DNA of 64,000 nucleotides. Source: Candidatus Borrarchaeum weybense. GTDB lineage: Archaea; Asgardarchaeota; Sifarchaeia; Borrarchaeales; Borrarchaeaceae. Positions 48,744 through 59,882 of the stretch are shown here, piece by piece (the first letter of the stretch is position 1; the number at the start of each line of letters is the position of its first letter). A program made the position numbers and the translations under genes. The stretch is from assembly GCA_019057385.1 (NCBI GenBank), contig JAHQJS010000005.1, forward strand, positions 96,001-160,000, written 5' to 3'. Below the pieces are notes generated by a model. That model was given only the letters and a program-made list of their open reading frames with translations. It had not been told where the DNA came from and did not search any database.

Positions 48744-48866
48744 TTATAGTTTTTTTATCTTCCTAAAGATATGCATTCCACATTATCAGATATATGTCAA
48801 TAGAAGAGTGATACAATCATTTTTGCTTTAAGAGAATTTCTATTTCAAATGCTAATTAGAATTGGG

Positions 48867-49292
48867 TTAAATATCCAGAACAAACTGTAAGCGAACATGA
48901 GACTCTTTTTTTTGTATTTGCATCTCAGCATAGGTGATTGCCTTAACTTCTGTTCCTTGTGAATGTTTATCTATATCGAACGCTTCACCCCAGACGTCTC
49001 CTGTAAGATACCATTCAGCATTTTTCAGTTCTATTTTGTGCACTTTAAACCTTGAAAATACTAAGCCATCCGCGTCAAACAAGACAATCAATGCTTCTAG
49101 CCATTCATATAAAAGAGCAAAAAGATCCTCGCCAGTTACAGTAACTGATCTCTTCTCTTTCGCCTCTACCTTTGATATTTCGGTCATAATCTCTGTTAGC
49201 GCTTGACCAGCGACTTCAAAAGTTTCTTCAAGTGAACTTCCGAGTACTTCAAATTTTACATCAGCAGTATGATCCAATATATTATAAGTCAT
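48867..49292 (-). CDS. Archease
   Basis: LDHTADV, EVKAITY, C-terminal LDI; divergent from rtcB. Confidence 0.95.
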   Translation of the reverse strand: MTYNILDHTADVKFEVLGSSLEETFEVAGQALTEIMTEISKVEAKEKRSVTVTGEDLFALLYEWLEALIVLFDADGLVFSRFKVHKIELKNAEWYLTGDVWGEAFDIDKHSQGTEVKAITYAEMQIQKKESHVRLQFVLDI

Positions 49293-49632
49293 AACAACAC
49301 CTTGAGGAACTTCACTTCTTTAGGCGTATAATTTACGCATTTATCATTCTTGTTTGGTATACATCCCCTATTTTTTCTTCTTCGACATTTAATAACTCAT
49401 TCAATTTCAACTGAAATTCATAAGTAATTATATACGTTTCACTCAGATGTGCTTTGAACCTTATAGGGACTCTAGCCATCAACAGAATGCTTATATAAGG
49501 ACACGCTTCTCATAAAAAAGAATGTTTGGTATATGAACAGTTCTCCCCAGAAAATTGGAGGAATCAAATAAAGAGTTTCTTAATACTTGAATAAGATTTA
49601 TTGTAATTATTGAATTTACGCGAGGTTATGAA

Positions 49633-51090
49633 ATGCCATATCAAGGTCCATTAAACCAGATTTCGGAAAACATTTACGAAATTCCTATCAAACATAAACA
49701 AGGGATGAGAGTTCCAGGAAGAGTTTATGCTAGTCCTGAACTTCTAGAAAAAATGAAGGGTGATCTTACACTTACACAGTGTGTAAATGTAGCGCATCTA
49801 CCAGGGATACAAAAGTTTGCGATTACCTTGCCCGATGGTCATCAGGGCTACGGCTTTCCTATTGGTGGTGTGGGTGCTACTGACGTAAATGAAGGAGGCG
49901 TTATTTCCCCTGGAGGCGTTGGCTATGATATTAACTGTGGTGTACGTCTACTTTGGACGACTCTTGAAAGAAAGGAGGTCGAGCCTAAGTTAGATGACCT
50001 CTTATCAACACTCTTTAGGACAGTCCCCTCTGGTGTTGGGAGGACGGGACAAATACGTTTTTCAAAAGGAGAATTAGATGAGGCATTACTTGGGGGAGTA
50101 AAATGGGCTGTTGAGCAAGGATATGGATGGCGTATAGATGCAAGTCATTGTGAAAGCCAAGGATCTCTTGAACACGCAAATCCTGACAAGATTAGTGAAA
50201 AAGCAAAAAGTCGTGGACAACCTCAATTAGGTACATTAGGTAGTGGAAATCATTTCCTTGAGCTTCAATATGTAGAGAAAATCTATGATGAACGCATAGC
50301 TAAAGCTTTTGGTATAACTAATGAAGGACAAGTCACAGTAATGATTCATACAGGATCACGTGGATTTGGACATCAAGTTTGTTCAGATTATCTTCGTGTT
50401 ATGGAAAATGCAGTGAGAAAGTATAAAATAATGATTCCTGATAGAGAACTGGCATGTGCGCCTGGGACGAGTAGAGAAGGTGAAGATTATTTTGCCGCGA
50501 TGGCATGTGCAGCTAACTTTGCATGGGCAAATAGACAGTTCATCACTCATTGGGTAAGAGAAGGATTTGATAAATGGTATAAAACAGACCCCGACGAACT
50601 TGGACTTCAACTTATTTATGATGTAGCACATAATATTTGCAAACAGGAACGTCATGTCATTGATGGTAAAACAAAATCACTGTTTGTTCATCGAAAAGGT
50701 GCAACACGAGCATTTCCAGCAGGTCACACCGATCTTCCGCAAGATTATAAACCTATTGGCCAGCCAGTAATTCTACCTGGCTCGATGGGTACGGCATCAT
50801 ATCTACTTTGTGGACAAGATACTGCAATGGAATATAGTTTCGGTAGTACTGCACATGGCGCTGGACGAGTTATGAGTAGATATAAGGCAAAAAAGAGATA
50901 TTTCGGAGAGAAAGTTGCTAGTGATTTAAGGCAGAGAGGAATATTTGTATATGCCACAAGTAACAAAGTAATCGCAGAAGAGGCACCAGGGGCATATAAA
51001 GATATTAATCAAGTTGCCAAAGTCTCTAATGACGTAGGGATCGCATCTTTTGTTTGTAAATTACGTCCTATGGGTGTTGTAAAGGGATAA
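49633..51090 (+). CDS. rtcB: tRNA-splicing ligase RtcB
   Basis: PDGHQGYGFPIGG, DINCG, GNHFLE, HTGSRG, HRKGATR, HGAGR. Confidence 0.98.
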   Translation: MPYQGPLNQISENIYEIPIKHKQGMRVPGRVYASPELLEKMKGDLTLTQCVNVAHLPGIQKFAITLPDGHQGYGFPIGGVGATDVNEGGVISPGGVGYDINCGVRLLWTTLERKEVEPKLDDLLSTLFRTVPSGVGRTGQIRFSKGELDEALLGGVKWAVEQGYGWRIDASHCESQGSLEHANPDKISEKAKSRGQPQLGTLGSGNHFLELQYVEKIYDERIAKAFGITNEGQVTVMIHTGSRGFGHQVCSDYLRVMENAVRKYKIMIPDRELACAPGTSREGEDYFAAMACAANFAWANRQFITHWVREGFDKWYKTDPDELGLQLIYDVAHNICKQERHVIDGKTKSLFVHRKGATRAFPAGHTDLPQDYKPIGQPVILPGSMGTASYLLCGQDTAMEYSFGSTAHGAGRVMSRYKAKKRYFGEKVASDLRQRGIFVYATSNKVIAEEAPGAYKDINQVAKVSNDVGIASFVCKLRPMGVVKG

Positions 51091-51176
51091 CAAAACTCAA
51101 AAGTCCTAATTCCAATAATAAAACATTCTCAAGACCTTTTAATTCTAAAAATCAATAGTAGTTAATGCCATTCAAA

Positions 51177-51443
51177 CTAGGGTTTTGGGATATATTTTCG
51201 AACAGTTGCAATTGAATTATCTGAAACTCCACTAGTTTTCATACTCTCTTCGTTTACCCATACTTCCATTTCTGGAGTATCTGCATTACTGTTTGCAGTA
51301 AAATAAAAACGCTTCTTTTTTGTAACAACAAGTTCTATTTCATCATCTTCGGCTATCCCAAGTTCTTCCATAAGAGTTGGATGAAGTAATGCCTTTTTGG
51401 GAGGAATATCCTTTAAGTATACACGTATACGCTTTTGTTGCAC
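51177..51443 (-). CDS. Small double-psi beta-barrel protein (CDC48 N-domain-like)
   Basis: Two half-repeats: ALLHPTLMEELGIAEDDEI / VWVNEESMKTSGVSDNSIA. Confidence 0.6.
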   Translation of the reverse strand: MQQKRIRVYLKDIPPKKALLHPTLMEELGIAEDDEIELVVTKKKRFYFTANSNADTPEMEVWVNEESMKTSGVSDNSIATVRKYIPKP

Positions 51444-51505
51444 AGTTCAACCCTCGCTAATTTGTAGAATTAAACTACCTTAAATAATTATGTTATGAAT
51501 AGTTA

Positions 51506-54505
51506 TTGCAAGTTATCCAAAAGCTTGGTGAAAAACTGGTGTACAATGAACTCAACTATGAAGTCGTCAAAAGCCTTAAAGCATGGATAAAATTCATTTC
51601 AAAGGTTATTTTTGTCACTGATCGAAAAACTAAAACTGAATTTATCGTCTTTTTAATCGCTAAACTCATTTCTATCCAAACATTAGCGGATTTTGGCATT
51701 ATTGATCCACAATGGCTTAAGAATTCGTGGAATTCCTTCAATAAAAAATTGTATTCGAACGGCAAACTTACTGTATTAAAGAAGTTTTTTGAACAAATTG
51801 ATGTACTATTTAGGGAATATTTTCATCGTGATCTGTTTAAGTTAAATATTCTTGAATATATTGACGAGAACGAAGATAATATTGCAATCTTCTATCAAAA
51901 CCTGCAATTAGTTCTGGGTCTTAACAATAGCCAAGATTCATCTAGCAAGCTTAAGGGCATAACACAATATAATTATCAACATATCAATGAAAATATCTTC
52001 GGAAAAGTCTATGAAAACTGCCTTACTGAGATACGTCACGAAGAGGGCGTCTACTATACTCCTTCACATATTGTGGAATTTATCGTTGAGAACACTGTAG
52101 GCGAGGTATTTGATCAATATCTCACAGAAATAGAGTTTCAGATGAATGAAAAAAACTTCGAAGAAATAACAAGATTACTTCATAAATTTGTATCATTAAA
52201 AGTCTTAGATCCTTCCTGTGGTTCAGGAGCTTTTCTCATTGAAGTTTTTCGAGTAATAGAAAAGAAATACTCGACGCTTAATCAATTAATTTCGAAACTT
52301 GAGACGAGATATTATTCATACAGAGGCTACAAACATAAATCTGGTGAAATGGAAATAAAAACTTCAAAAATTAATGAAATGAGAAATATTTTTGGAACAC
52401 AAGACGAACACAAACTAATATTCAGTATTCCTATAAGACACCTATTTGGAATTGAATTGGATAAAACTGCTCTCAATATAGCCAAGATCAGTATCTTGCT
52501 AGAAACTATAAAACTAGCTTCATCACAACCTGGATTGGAAGAAAGTCTAAGAGAAGGTGGTCATCAGTTTTCTTATTTGGAAATGAATTTTATACATGGT
52601 AATACTGTTGTAGGGCTTCCTAATGAACATATTATTAAACATCTAAAACAAAAGAAATTAGAGATCCGCCAACTTTTTGAGGTAAGGAATTCATATCTTG
52701 CTAATTTTGAAAATCCAAGACCTCTAGTAGACATAGAATGCGTTAAATCAAGTCTAAGAAAAGAACTAGATGAATGTTTCCAAAGATATCTTGAAAATCT
52801 GAATTTAACTTCAGATATTTTGGAGGATACAATTCCATTATATTGGGCTCTTGAGTTTTGGTATGTTTTTTTCGATCAAGAGGGAATCACTTTAAGCGAG
52901 GGTGATTCAGGTTTTGACATTGTTATAGGTAATCCGCCTTATATCGATTCTGAGACAATGACGAAGATGAGTCCCAATATCAGACATTATTGTGCAAAAC
53001 AATATGTAAGCGCGTCTGGCAATTGGGATTTATTCTGTGTATTTATCGAAAAGGGAATTACACATACTAAGAAAGATGGATATTTTAGCTATATTATCCC
53101 AAATAAACTTCTCGCTGCTGAGTATAGCTTAGAAACACAGAAAATACTTGAAAAATATGCTCTCAAGAGGATAAGTGATTATTCAAGAACGAAAGTTTTT
53201 GAGTCAGATACAAGTGTGTATCCCATTGTGATTGTTTTACAAAAATCATCTCCTAAGAGCAATGATATTATCCAAGTAGAGATTATTGAAGAGTCAGAAG
53301 AAAACGAACTCAAATTATCCTCTGAAAACCAAATTACTGTGGAAACGTTTAGGGAACTTCCAAAAGGTTTGTGGTCTCCTTTAGTTAGAGAAAACTTTCC
53401 ATTTATTCAAAAGGTTTTGAACATTTCCAACGCTCTTCTTCAACATAGTAAAATTGTTGGAGCTGCCTCTGTTTCAGAGGCGTATAAAATAAAAGAAATT
53501 TTAAAGGAAACCTCAGAAAGCGAATTTAATCAAAGTAATTTAGCGTTTATAAACACAGGAACCATAGATCGTTATAATGTACTTTGGGGACTTCTACCAA
53601 CAAGGTATATTAAAAAAACTTATAGCAAACCTATTGTCAGACGTAGCGATCTTAGAAATATCTCAGAAAAGAGATTAAATGAATCAACTTCTCAAAAAAT
53701 CATTATTGCTGGAATGACACTAAGACTTGAAGCAATATATGACCTAGGCTATCTGGTGGCTGGAAAATCAACTATTCTCGTGCTCCCAAAAGACTTAGAC
53801 TTGAAATTTTTGATAGCGTGTATTAATAGCAAACTGATTAGTTTTATTTATAGAGAACTTTTTGAATCACTGTCATTGCATGGGAGATATCTTCGTATCG
53901 GTCCCCCTCAAATTTCACGCATTCCCATTCGCCGCATCAATTTTTCCACAGCAACAAACACCCGTAAGGCTCTTTTTGAAGAAGCAAAAAAACTCTATAA
54001 AAAATATCTAGTAACTAAAGATTACAACATAATCAGCGATTTCATCGAAGATCGTCTACCAAAAGACAAAAAGGGTGATCTAATCATCGAAAATGAAGAA
54101 AGTGACATTATTTATGACATCTTAATTTATTTAGCTGAACAGATAATAGAGCTGAACAAACAGAAAAATGAAGTAATTACAGAATTCATCGAATGGTTCG
54201 AAAAGGAACTAGATACGAAAATTGAGAATATGATTCACAAAAAGAAGTTGATATTTTATTATGATCTTGATTGTAATGAGTTTCTAGACGTTCTGGGAAA
54301 AAATCAAGCTCAAATTCCCATAATACTCTCAGATAGGGCAGTTCAAGATAGTCTAAGGAAAGTGTTTGAAAAAAACCTTGCGATACTTTCCCCTCTGATA
54401 AATAAACTCAAATTAGTTGATGAACTCATTGACCAAGTCGTTTACAAACTCTATGGGTTAACTGATGAAGAAATTGAGACAGTGGACACTACTATTCCAC
54501 GTTAA
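51506..54505 (+). CDS. N6-adenine DNA methyltransferase, type IIG/Eco57I-like with TRD; N-terminal nuclease not evident
   Basis: GVYYTP, VLDPSCGSGAFL, GIELD, DIVIGNPPY, TaqI-C-like region, IDQVVYKLYGLTDEEI tail. Confidence 0.88.
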   Translation: MQVIQKLGEKLVYNELNYEVVKSLKAWIKFISKVIFVTDRKTKTEFIVFLIAKLISIQTLADFGIIDPQWLKNSWNSFNKKLYSNGKLTVLKKFFEQIDVLFREYFHRDLFKLNILEYIDENEDNIAIFYQNLQLVLGLNNSQDSSSKLKGITQYNYQHINENIFGKVYENCLTEIRHEEGVYYTPSHIVEFIVENTVGEVFDQYLTEIEFQMNEKNFEEITRLLHKFVSLKVLDPSCGSGAFLIEVFRVIEKKYSTLNQLISKLETRYYSYRGYKHKSGEMEIKTSKINEMRNIFGTQDEHKLIFSIPIRHLFGIELDKTALNIAKISILLETIKLASSQPGLEESLREGGHQFSYLEMNFIHGNTVVGLPNEHIIKHLKQKKLEIRQLFEVRNSYLANFENPRPLVDIECVKSSLRKELDECFQRYLENLNLTSDILEDTIPLYWALEFWYVFFDQEGITLSEGDSGFDIVIGNPPYIDSETMTKMSPNIRHYCAKQYVSASGNWDLFCVFIEKGITHTKKDGYFSYIIPNKLLAAEYSLETQKILEKYALKRISDYSRTKVFESDTSVYPIVIVLQKSSPKSNDIIQVEIIEESEENELKLSSENQITVETFRELPKGLWSPLVRENFPFIQKVLNISNALLQHSKIVGAASVSEAYKIKEILKETSESEFNQSNLAFINTGTIDRYNVLWGLLPTRYIKKTYSKPIVRRSDLRNISEKRLNESTSQKIIIAGMTLRLEAIYDLGYLVAGKSTILVLPKDLDLKFLIACINSKLISFIYRELFESLSLHGRYLRIGPPQISRIPIRRINFSTATNTRKALFEEAKKLYKKYLVTKDYNIISDFIEDRLPKDKKGDLIIENEESDIIYDILIYLAEQIIELNKQKNEVITEFIEWFEKELDTKIENMIHKKKLIFYYDLDCNEFLDVLGKNQAQIPIILSDRAVQDSLRKVFEKNLAILSPLINKLKLVDELIDQVVYKLYGLTDEEIETVDTTIPR

Positions 54506-54565
54506 GGTAAAAAGACGTTTTTTTTGTAAGGTAAACATACTCAGTCAAAAGAATTTAAGTTAGGC

Positions 54566-54880
54566 TTATTTCTTAGAACGCGATTTCTTTTCTTGAATGC
54601 GAGTTCTCAATTTTTTAATACCAAGTGCAATCTTTTGGAGTGCTTTGCTCTTTGTATCCTTCTTACTGATTTTTACATAGCCTGGATCTTCCCACCATGC
54701 CCTGGAGTAATATGCGGAAGAATTTACGATAGGCTCATATTTGAATGCTTGAGCAACAAGATATATTTCCCGAACTGTTGGGTTCTCAACCGCAATCTTC
54801 CGTGAGATTTTACGCCCTTGATTTCTTGTTTTTAAGGCATTAATGTAAGCCGGCCAAATTGTATAAGCATCGTCTTTCAT
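54566..54880 (-). CDS. srp19: Signal recognition particle protein SRP19
   Basis: IWPAYI..TRNQGRKI..AVENP..YSRAWW..G. Confidence 0.92.
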   Translation of the reverse strand: MKDDAYTIWPAYINALKTRNQGRKISRKIAVENPTVREIYLVAQAFKYEPIVNSSAYYSRAWWEDPGYVKISKKDTKSKALQKIALGIKKLRTRIQEKKSRSKK

Positions 54881-54965
54881 GAAAACTCCTCAATGATTAT
54901 GTTATTTATAAATTAAAATCATAGCTCTTATATTTTTAATACAAGATTTTTTAAGTTTAAGCTAT

Positions 54966-55343
54966 TCATTTTGATGCTATGATATCTTTTACACCCAGTT
55001 CTCGCCCGCCAATAATTTCAGTGTGGGTATCACCACACTTGGGACATTTTAAAGATGACATAAGAAGGTTTTGTAGTGGGTCATCTTCTATTGGAGGGCT
55101 CTCTCCTTCATAACCGCATTTCTTGCAACGAATTCTTCCTGGCATTCTCGTTATATTAATCTTAGCATCTTCCGCGATGGTATCTTTCGAAGTAATTTCT
55201 AGTGTAAATCTCAGACGATCTTCGCTGACAACTGTCAGATCGCCAATCTCCACGTTAATTTCTAAGATTTTCTTCGCATCATATTCTTTTGCAGCCTTAA
55301 GAACAGTTTCGATGATGGAAACAGCTAAACTGAGTTCATGCAT
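54966..55343 (-). CDS. hypA: Hydrogenase maturation nickel metallochaperone HypA
   Basis: MHELS, CKKC, CPKC, GREL. Confidence 0.95.
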   Translation of the reverse strand: MHELSLAVSIIETVLKAAKEYDAKKILEINVEIGDLTVVSEDRLRFTLEITSKDTIAEDAKINITRMPGRIRCKKCGYEGESPPIEDDPLQNLLMSSLKCPKCGDTHTEIIGGRELGVKDIIASK

Positions 55344-55385
55344 CTTTTATGACTCCTTTAATTAAACATTGCATAATTATGTTAT

Positions 55386-55832
55386 TTACGTATTCCATTC
55401 TTTGTGCGCAATAATACCTCCGAATGAAACAAATCCTCCTCCAATAATGGCCAATATCAAAGCAATTGTGTCCATAAGATTAAATCGAGACTGACTATAG
55501 ACAACACTCCATATGAAAACATCTAAAACAACAAAGCCGAATGCCATGAGACTCAAAGTGGATGCAGCTGACGTTTCACCCAGATATCGTGAGGGTTGTA
55601 AATATCTAGTGTGAAATACTGCCATATCCATATCTGTTGCTGCAGCATATGTTGCAATAGCTGCCAAAAAGTTTGGTATCAACGTGAAGATAATACCTGG
55701 GCTTTCTGGATAATAAAAGAAGGTTGTAATCCAGCTTATAAATAAAGCACCAGTGGCGATTATTAGGATTTGCGTAGCTTTCGTGAAGTCAATTTCAGTC
55801 ATAATATCTTCTCTTATTATCGCAAAACTCAC
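55386..55832 (-). CDS. Hypothetical 4-TM membrane protein
   Basis: Hydrophobic helices; in operon with traB and hypA. Confidence 0.7.
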   Translation of the reverse strand: MSFAIIREDIMTEIDFTKATQILIIATGALFISWITTFFYYPESPGIIFTLIPNFLAAIATYAAATDMDMAVFHTRYLQPSRYLGETSAASTLSLMAFGFVVLDVFIWSVVYSQSRFNLMDTIALILAIIGGGFVSFGGIIAHKEWNT

Positions 55833-55844
55833 AGCGTTTCATTT

Positions 55845-56561
55845 TTATATATTCTGTTCGTGATGTTTCGAAAAATGTGCGTTTATTCGTTTCTTAATTC
55901 CATTAAGATGCCCTAGCCCAATTACAGCGACTATTTTCTTTTCAGGGAATGTATTAAGCAATGAAATTATGCGTTTTGAAATATAGGCATCCCTTTCTTG
56001 AATTAAGATTCTTGAAATACCTGGAAATTTTTTATGCAGAGTGCCCATGAACTCTGGAAGGATGTCATTCGGATTTGTCTCCAAGTCTAAAAGAGAATAA
56101 CTGATATCTTTCTCAGCCCCAAGGATGCCCTTTACGAGTTCTATTATCAATCGATTCTTCTCAAGACCTACTGATTGAAAACGTTGAAGGGTAATCGGAA
56201 GTGGTTGGTCAACAAAAAAGATTTTTGAACCAGTTTCCTTTGCTGATTTGATAGCAACAAGCATTTCCTCACCTGGGATGACACCAAATTCTTCGCCAAG
56301 CCCTTGTTCAAGGTGAGAAATTAACCAGACCATCAAATTTGTCGAGAAACTCCCTTGGCGCGCAGATAACAGGAGTTCACCAAAACTTAAGGTTGCTTTA
56401 GGCTGTTCTAATAATGCCTCATATCGTCCTTGATCAAGTTCAACTGCGACAATTTCTGGTTTTTTTTCAAGGATCAAATCACGAACTCGCCGTTTACTCT
56501 CAGGACTGACATGAATAGTACCAACAAGAAACAGCCTATCAAAAAGTACTTCGATTTGCAT
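55845..56561 (-). CDS. TraB/PrgY/GumN family protein
   Basis: LVGTIHVS, VAVELD..R, PGEEM, ERD, VIGLGH. Confidence 0.9.
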   Translation of the reverse strand: MQIEVLFDRLFLVGTIHVSPESKRRVRDLILEKKPEIVAVELDQGRYEALLEQPKATLSFGELLLSARQGSFSTNLMVWLISHLEQGLGEEFGVIPGEEMLVAIKSAKETGSKIFFVDQPLPITLQRFQSVGLEKNRLIIELVKGILGAEKDISYSLLDLETNPNDILPEFMGTLHKKFPGISRILIQERDAYISKRIISLLNTFPEKKIVAVIGLGHLNGIKKRINAHFSKHHEQNI

Positions 56562-56564
56562 TAA

Positions 56565-57359
56565 CTATTCCGACTCCCAGCGATAACTTTCTTCTGGATC
56601 CCAGCTATAACTGTCGAATATATGCTCCAGACCACCAGCGAGATCGTTCATACCATCCATCGTTACAGAAGATACAGGGATTACCTCTCCGATGTATCCC
56701 TGCATTTTGAGAGCATTGAGAAGCGTTACATTTAATTCTCTTTGCTGCCCTCTCGTAGAGATTTCCAAGGCATCCGCAAGAACTACTGGATCATTCCATC
56801 TACAAATCCGTTCTATTTCCTCTTCTGATATCAAGTCTGTCTTTGAGAGCACGGTAATATGGGGGACTGGAAAACGCACCTTTAATGATGCGCCAAGGAG
56901 CACCATTGATACGAAACTGGCAGGCGTTTTTGCAAGTAAAGCATCGATTAAATGAACGACAACGCTGTTTTTACTTAATGCAGTCACAAATAACAAACCT
57001 GCGCTTCTATAAGCAAAAATCTCCATTTGACCGACAGTATCAACAACAATATAATCTGCATCGAAGCTCTCGATCTCTTTTTTGATGTCGTCAATTTTTG
57101 TAACCAAGATATCGGACGCTGCGATGAGTGCACCGTTCGGTCCTAGACCATATTGTTCTATAATCTGCTCTAAGTTTACATAATCTCTCACATCAACTTC
57201 TGGAGTGTATGGCAATTGACGCACTCCAGGATCCATATTCACTCGAACGACTCTCCAGCCTTCATCAAACAATAGTCCTGATAATTTCAAAGTCAGAGCA
57301 GATTTTCCACTCCCAGCAGTTCCAAGAATGTAAACAATATGAGATGAATCTGATTCCAT
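56565..57359 (-). CDS. GPN-loop GTPase
   Basis: GTAGSGKS, NMDP, GLGPNGAL, DTVGQ, SKTD. Confidence 0.93.
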   Translation of the reverse strand: MESDSSHIVYILGTAGSGKSALTLKLSGLLFDEGWRVVRVNMDPGVRQLPYTPEVDVRDYVNLEQIIEQYGLGPNGALIAASDILVTKIDDIKKEIESFDADYIVVDTVGQMEIFAYRSAGLLFVTALSKNSVVVHLIDALLAKTPASFVSMVLLGASLKVRFPVPHITVLSKTDLISEEEIERICRWNDPVVLADALEISTRGQQRELNVTLLNALKMQGYIGEVIPVSSVTMDGMNDLAGGLEHIFDSYSWDPEESYRWESE

Positions 57360-57682
57360 GCGATATATCTCCCAAGAACATCTTGTTAAACAATAATCAT
57401 TATTTTGCAATCAATTACTAAAAGGGCGTTAAATATTTGCACTTATCACAGAACTTTCTATCCAGATAACAATGAACTTTCATAGAATAGAAAAATTTTC
57501 TAATACTACATGTAAATATATACGATTAAAGACGAAGACACATTAATCAACATATTTGTATATTATATAATAAACCCGCGAAGTGATATCACTCATCATC
57601 AAGTAGAGTTATTGCAGGCAGTATGTGATGAATCAACTACTCCTCTCTGTCGGAAGGACTGAGTCTCCTTCGGTGATTTAAG

Positions 57683-57970
57683 ATGAATATAAGAGTTTCT
57701 TCTGTGCGTGGTAAAAAGGTATATACCTCTGTAGGAAAGTATCTTGGACATGTTAATAGCTTGAAATTTGATATACAAAGGAATAAAATTGCTTCGCTTT
57801 TAGTCAAAATCGATAGACGCATAAAAAGATTGCAATCTCGTGTTGTTTCAATCCCATATGATTGGGTAACTGCCGTCGGAGATATCGTGATTATTGATAA
57901 AAAACTGTCAGCTTCTTGGAGTAAAAATAAAGAATCTAATATTCAAAACAAAGATTTTGTTGAATTATAG
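57683..57970 (+). CDS. PRC-barrel domain protein
   Basis: GKKVYTSVGKYLGHV..IPYDWVTAVGDIVII. Confidence 0.88.
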   Translation: MNIRVSSVRGKKVYTSVGKYLGHVNSLKFDIQRNKIASLLVKIDRRIKRLQSRVVSIPYDWVTAVGDIVIIDKKLSASWSKNKESNIQNKDFVEL

Positions 57971-58078
57971 ATATTAAGAGAACAATATCCACAGATATTG
58001 TTGAAAAAAGTCTCATTTTGAAAAATATTAATGCTACTGCATACACATTGCACTAGATCTTGTCAATATGATCGATTT

Positions 58079-58561
58079 CTATTCTGTGAATATAGTTTCC
58101 TCTGACAAGACAACGATATAATCTGCAGCATTTTCTAATGTTTCACTAAACCCTTCTGTTCTCCCAAGCACGACCGTTTCCTTACCTAATTCCTTTGCTT
58201 TAATGAAAATCGGAAGAAAATTAATATCAGATGTCCAAAAAGCAACTATTTCAAGTTCATCACTGTAAATTAAGTCCATGGCTTCAATCGACATGTAGAC
58301 ATCTATATCTCCAGGTACAACAATTGGTAGGTATCCTTTCGTCAATATTTTGTCAATATAGGTATCTGGTAACTGTTGATCGAGAATTACTTTCGCAATT
58401 CGTAAATCACCAATTGATGCAATAGTTTCATCAATTTTTTCTAGATCTTCCTCAATATTTTCTACAAAAAGATTAGAACCATCGATCAAAAGACCAAGTT
58501 TCTCTTTTTTTACATCTTTCTTTCTACGAAGTACCCTTCCAACTCTGCGAAGAACACTCAA
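58079..58561 (-). CDS. NYN-domain protein (TIGR00288-like)
   Basis: LLIDGSN, DIDVYM, SDINFLP, LENAAD. Confidence 0.85.
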   Translation of the reverse strand: MSVLRRVGRVLRRKKDVKKEKLGLLIDGSNLFVENIEEDLEKIDETIASIGDLRIAKVILDQQLPDTYIDKILTKGYLPIVVPGDIDVYMSIEAMDLIYSDELEIVAFWTSDINFLPIFIKAKELGKETVVLGRTEGFSETLENAADYIVVLSEETIFTE

Positions 58562-59010
58562 ACTGTCACCTTCCTAGCAACATATGTACATTGAACATAA
58601 CATTGTATATGACTTTTGATATAAGATTTCTCGATAGTTTCACCTATGCGAGTATCTTCTTTCTTTAAAAATGCAGTGATCTATCACTCATTGAATTAGT
58701 GGACTTAATATTCATTGCTGAATTGTTTGACTTGGAATAGTGCATTTCATATTGCTAAAGTCAATATAACTGCAAAGGGATTATATTTGCGAATCAGGCA
58801 TAGTGCACCTAACTAAAAGCACCTAAACGTCTAAAATGGAAATCTTTATGAGTGCACCCAGCGATGTAGGTGTACATTTATTTCATAGATTATATGAATA
58901 TTTATATCTATTTGTCAGGACATCTTCTCTACAACGAATATCATCTATATCAGTCCATTCTCACCAATATTAAAAGATAAGAAACTTCGACAGTGAAAAG
59001 GTGAGTACTA

Positions 59011-59787
59011 GTGAATTTGATTTCTCCCATCTACAAACTTTACAAAGCGTGGTTAAAAAGACAGATCAAAAATGGAGATGAAACCCGGCAACCTCCGCAC
59101 CACATTGGTATAATACTAGACGGAAATAGACGATTCGCGCGTGAAAAGGGATTGGATGTCTGGATGGGGCATCAATTTGGTGCTGCCAAAATAAATGCAG
59201 TTCTTGATTGGTGTTGGGAGGCTGGCATTAAGATTGTAACCATTTATTCCTTTTCGACAGAAAACTTTTCGCGACCCTTACAAGAAGTCGCTGAAATTAT
59301 GAAAATTGCTATTCAAAAGTTTGAAGAAATTCTTACTAATCCGAAAATCCACTCACGTGAGGTCCGAGTTAAGGCTATTGGACGTGTTAAAGACCTCCCA
59401 AAGAGTGTACAGGAATCAATAACTAGAGCCGAAGAGGCTACTAAACATTATGATAAACATTATCTTAATGTCGCCATAGGTTATGGTGGTCGTGCCGAAC
59501 TAGTTGATGCGTTTAGAAATATTGCTTCACTGATAGAGGAAGGGCAAATAGAGCCTGATGAGGTCACAGAAAAGACAGTTGAACAATTTTTATACACGTC
59601 TGGGATACCAGATCCAGATCTGATCATCAGAACCTCAGGAGAAGAACGCCTCAGTGGTTTCCTTCTTTGGCAAAGTGCTTATTCTGAATTGTACTTTGCA
59701 GATGTTTTTTGGCCCGAGTTTAGAGAAATTGATTTGTTACGAGCTATTAGAACCTACCAACATAGAAAAAGACGATTCGGTTCTTAA
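59011..59787 (+). CDS. uppS: cis-prenyltransferase UppS
   Basis: HIGIILDGNRRFA, FSTEN, YGGRAE, IRTSGEERLSGFL, RRFG. Confidence 0.97.
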   Translation: MNLISPIYKLYKAWLKRQIKNGDETRQPPHHIGIILDGNRRFAREKGLDVWMGHQFGAAKINAVLDWCWEAGIKIVTIYSFSTENFSRPLQEVAEIMKIAIQKFEEILTNPKIHSREVRVKAIGRVKDLPKSVQESITRAEEATKHYDKHYLNVAIGYGGRAELVDAFRNIASLIEEGQIEPDEVTEKTVEQFLYTSGIPDPDLIIRTSGEERLSGFLLWQSAYSELYFADVFWPEFREIDLLRAIRTYQHRKRRFGS

Positions 59788-59882
59788 TGGTTAATTCTTA
59801 AGCTTTTTATTGTTTAGAAAGGACTAATCTTTATCTTGATTCTCTAAAAGAGTGTATTGAAATTACCTTTGAGGCTAATTAA

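Noticed and set aside
49293-49632. Small ORFs between archease and rtcB
   Set aside because: Several short frames with no recognisable motif; more likely divergent promoter DNA
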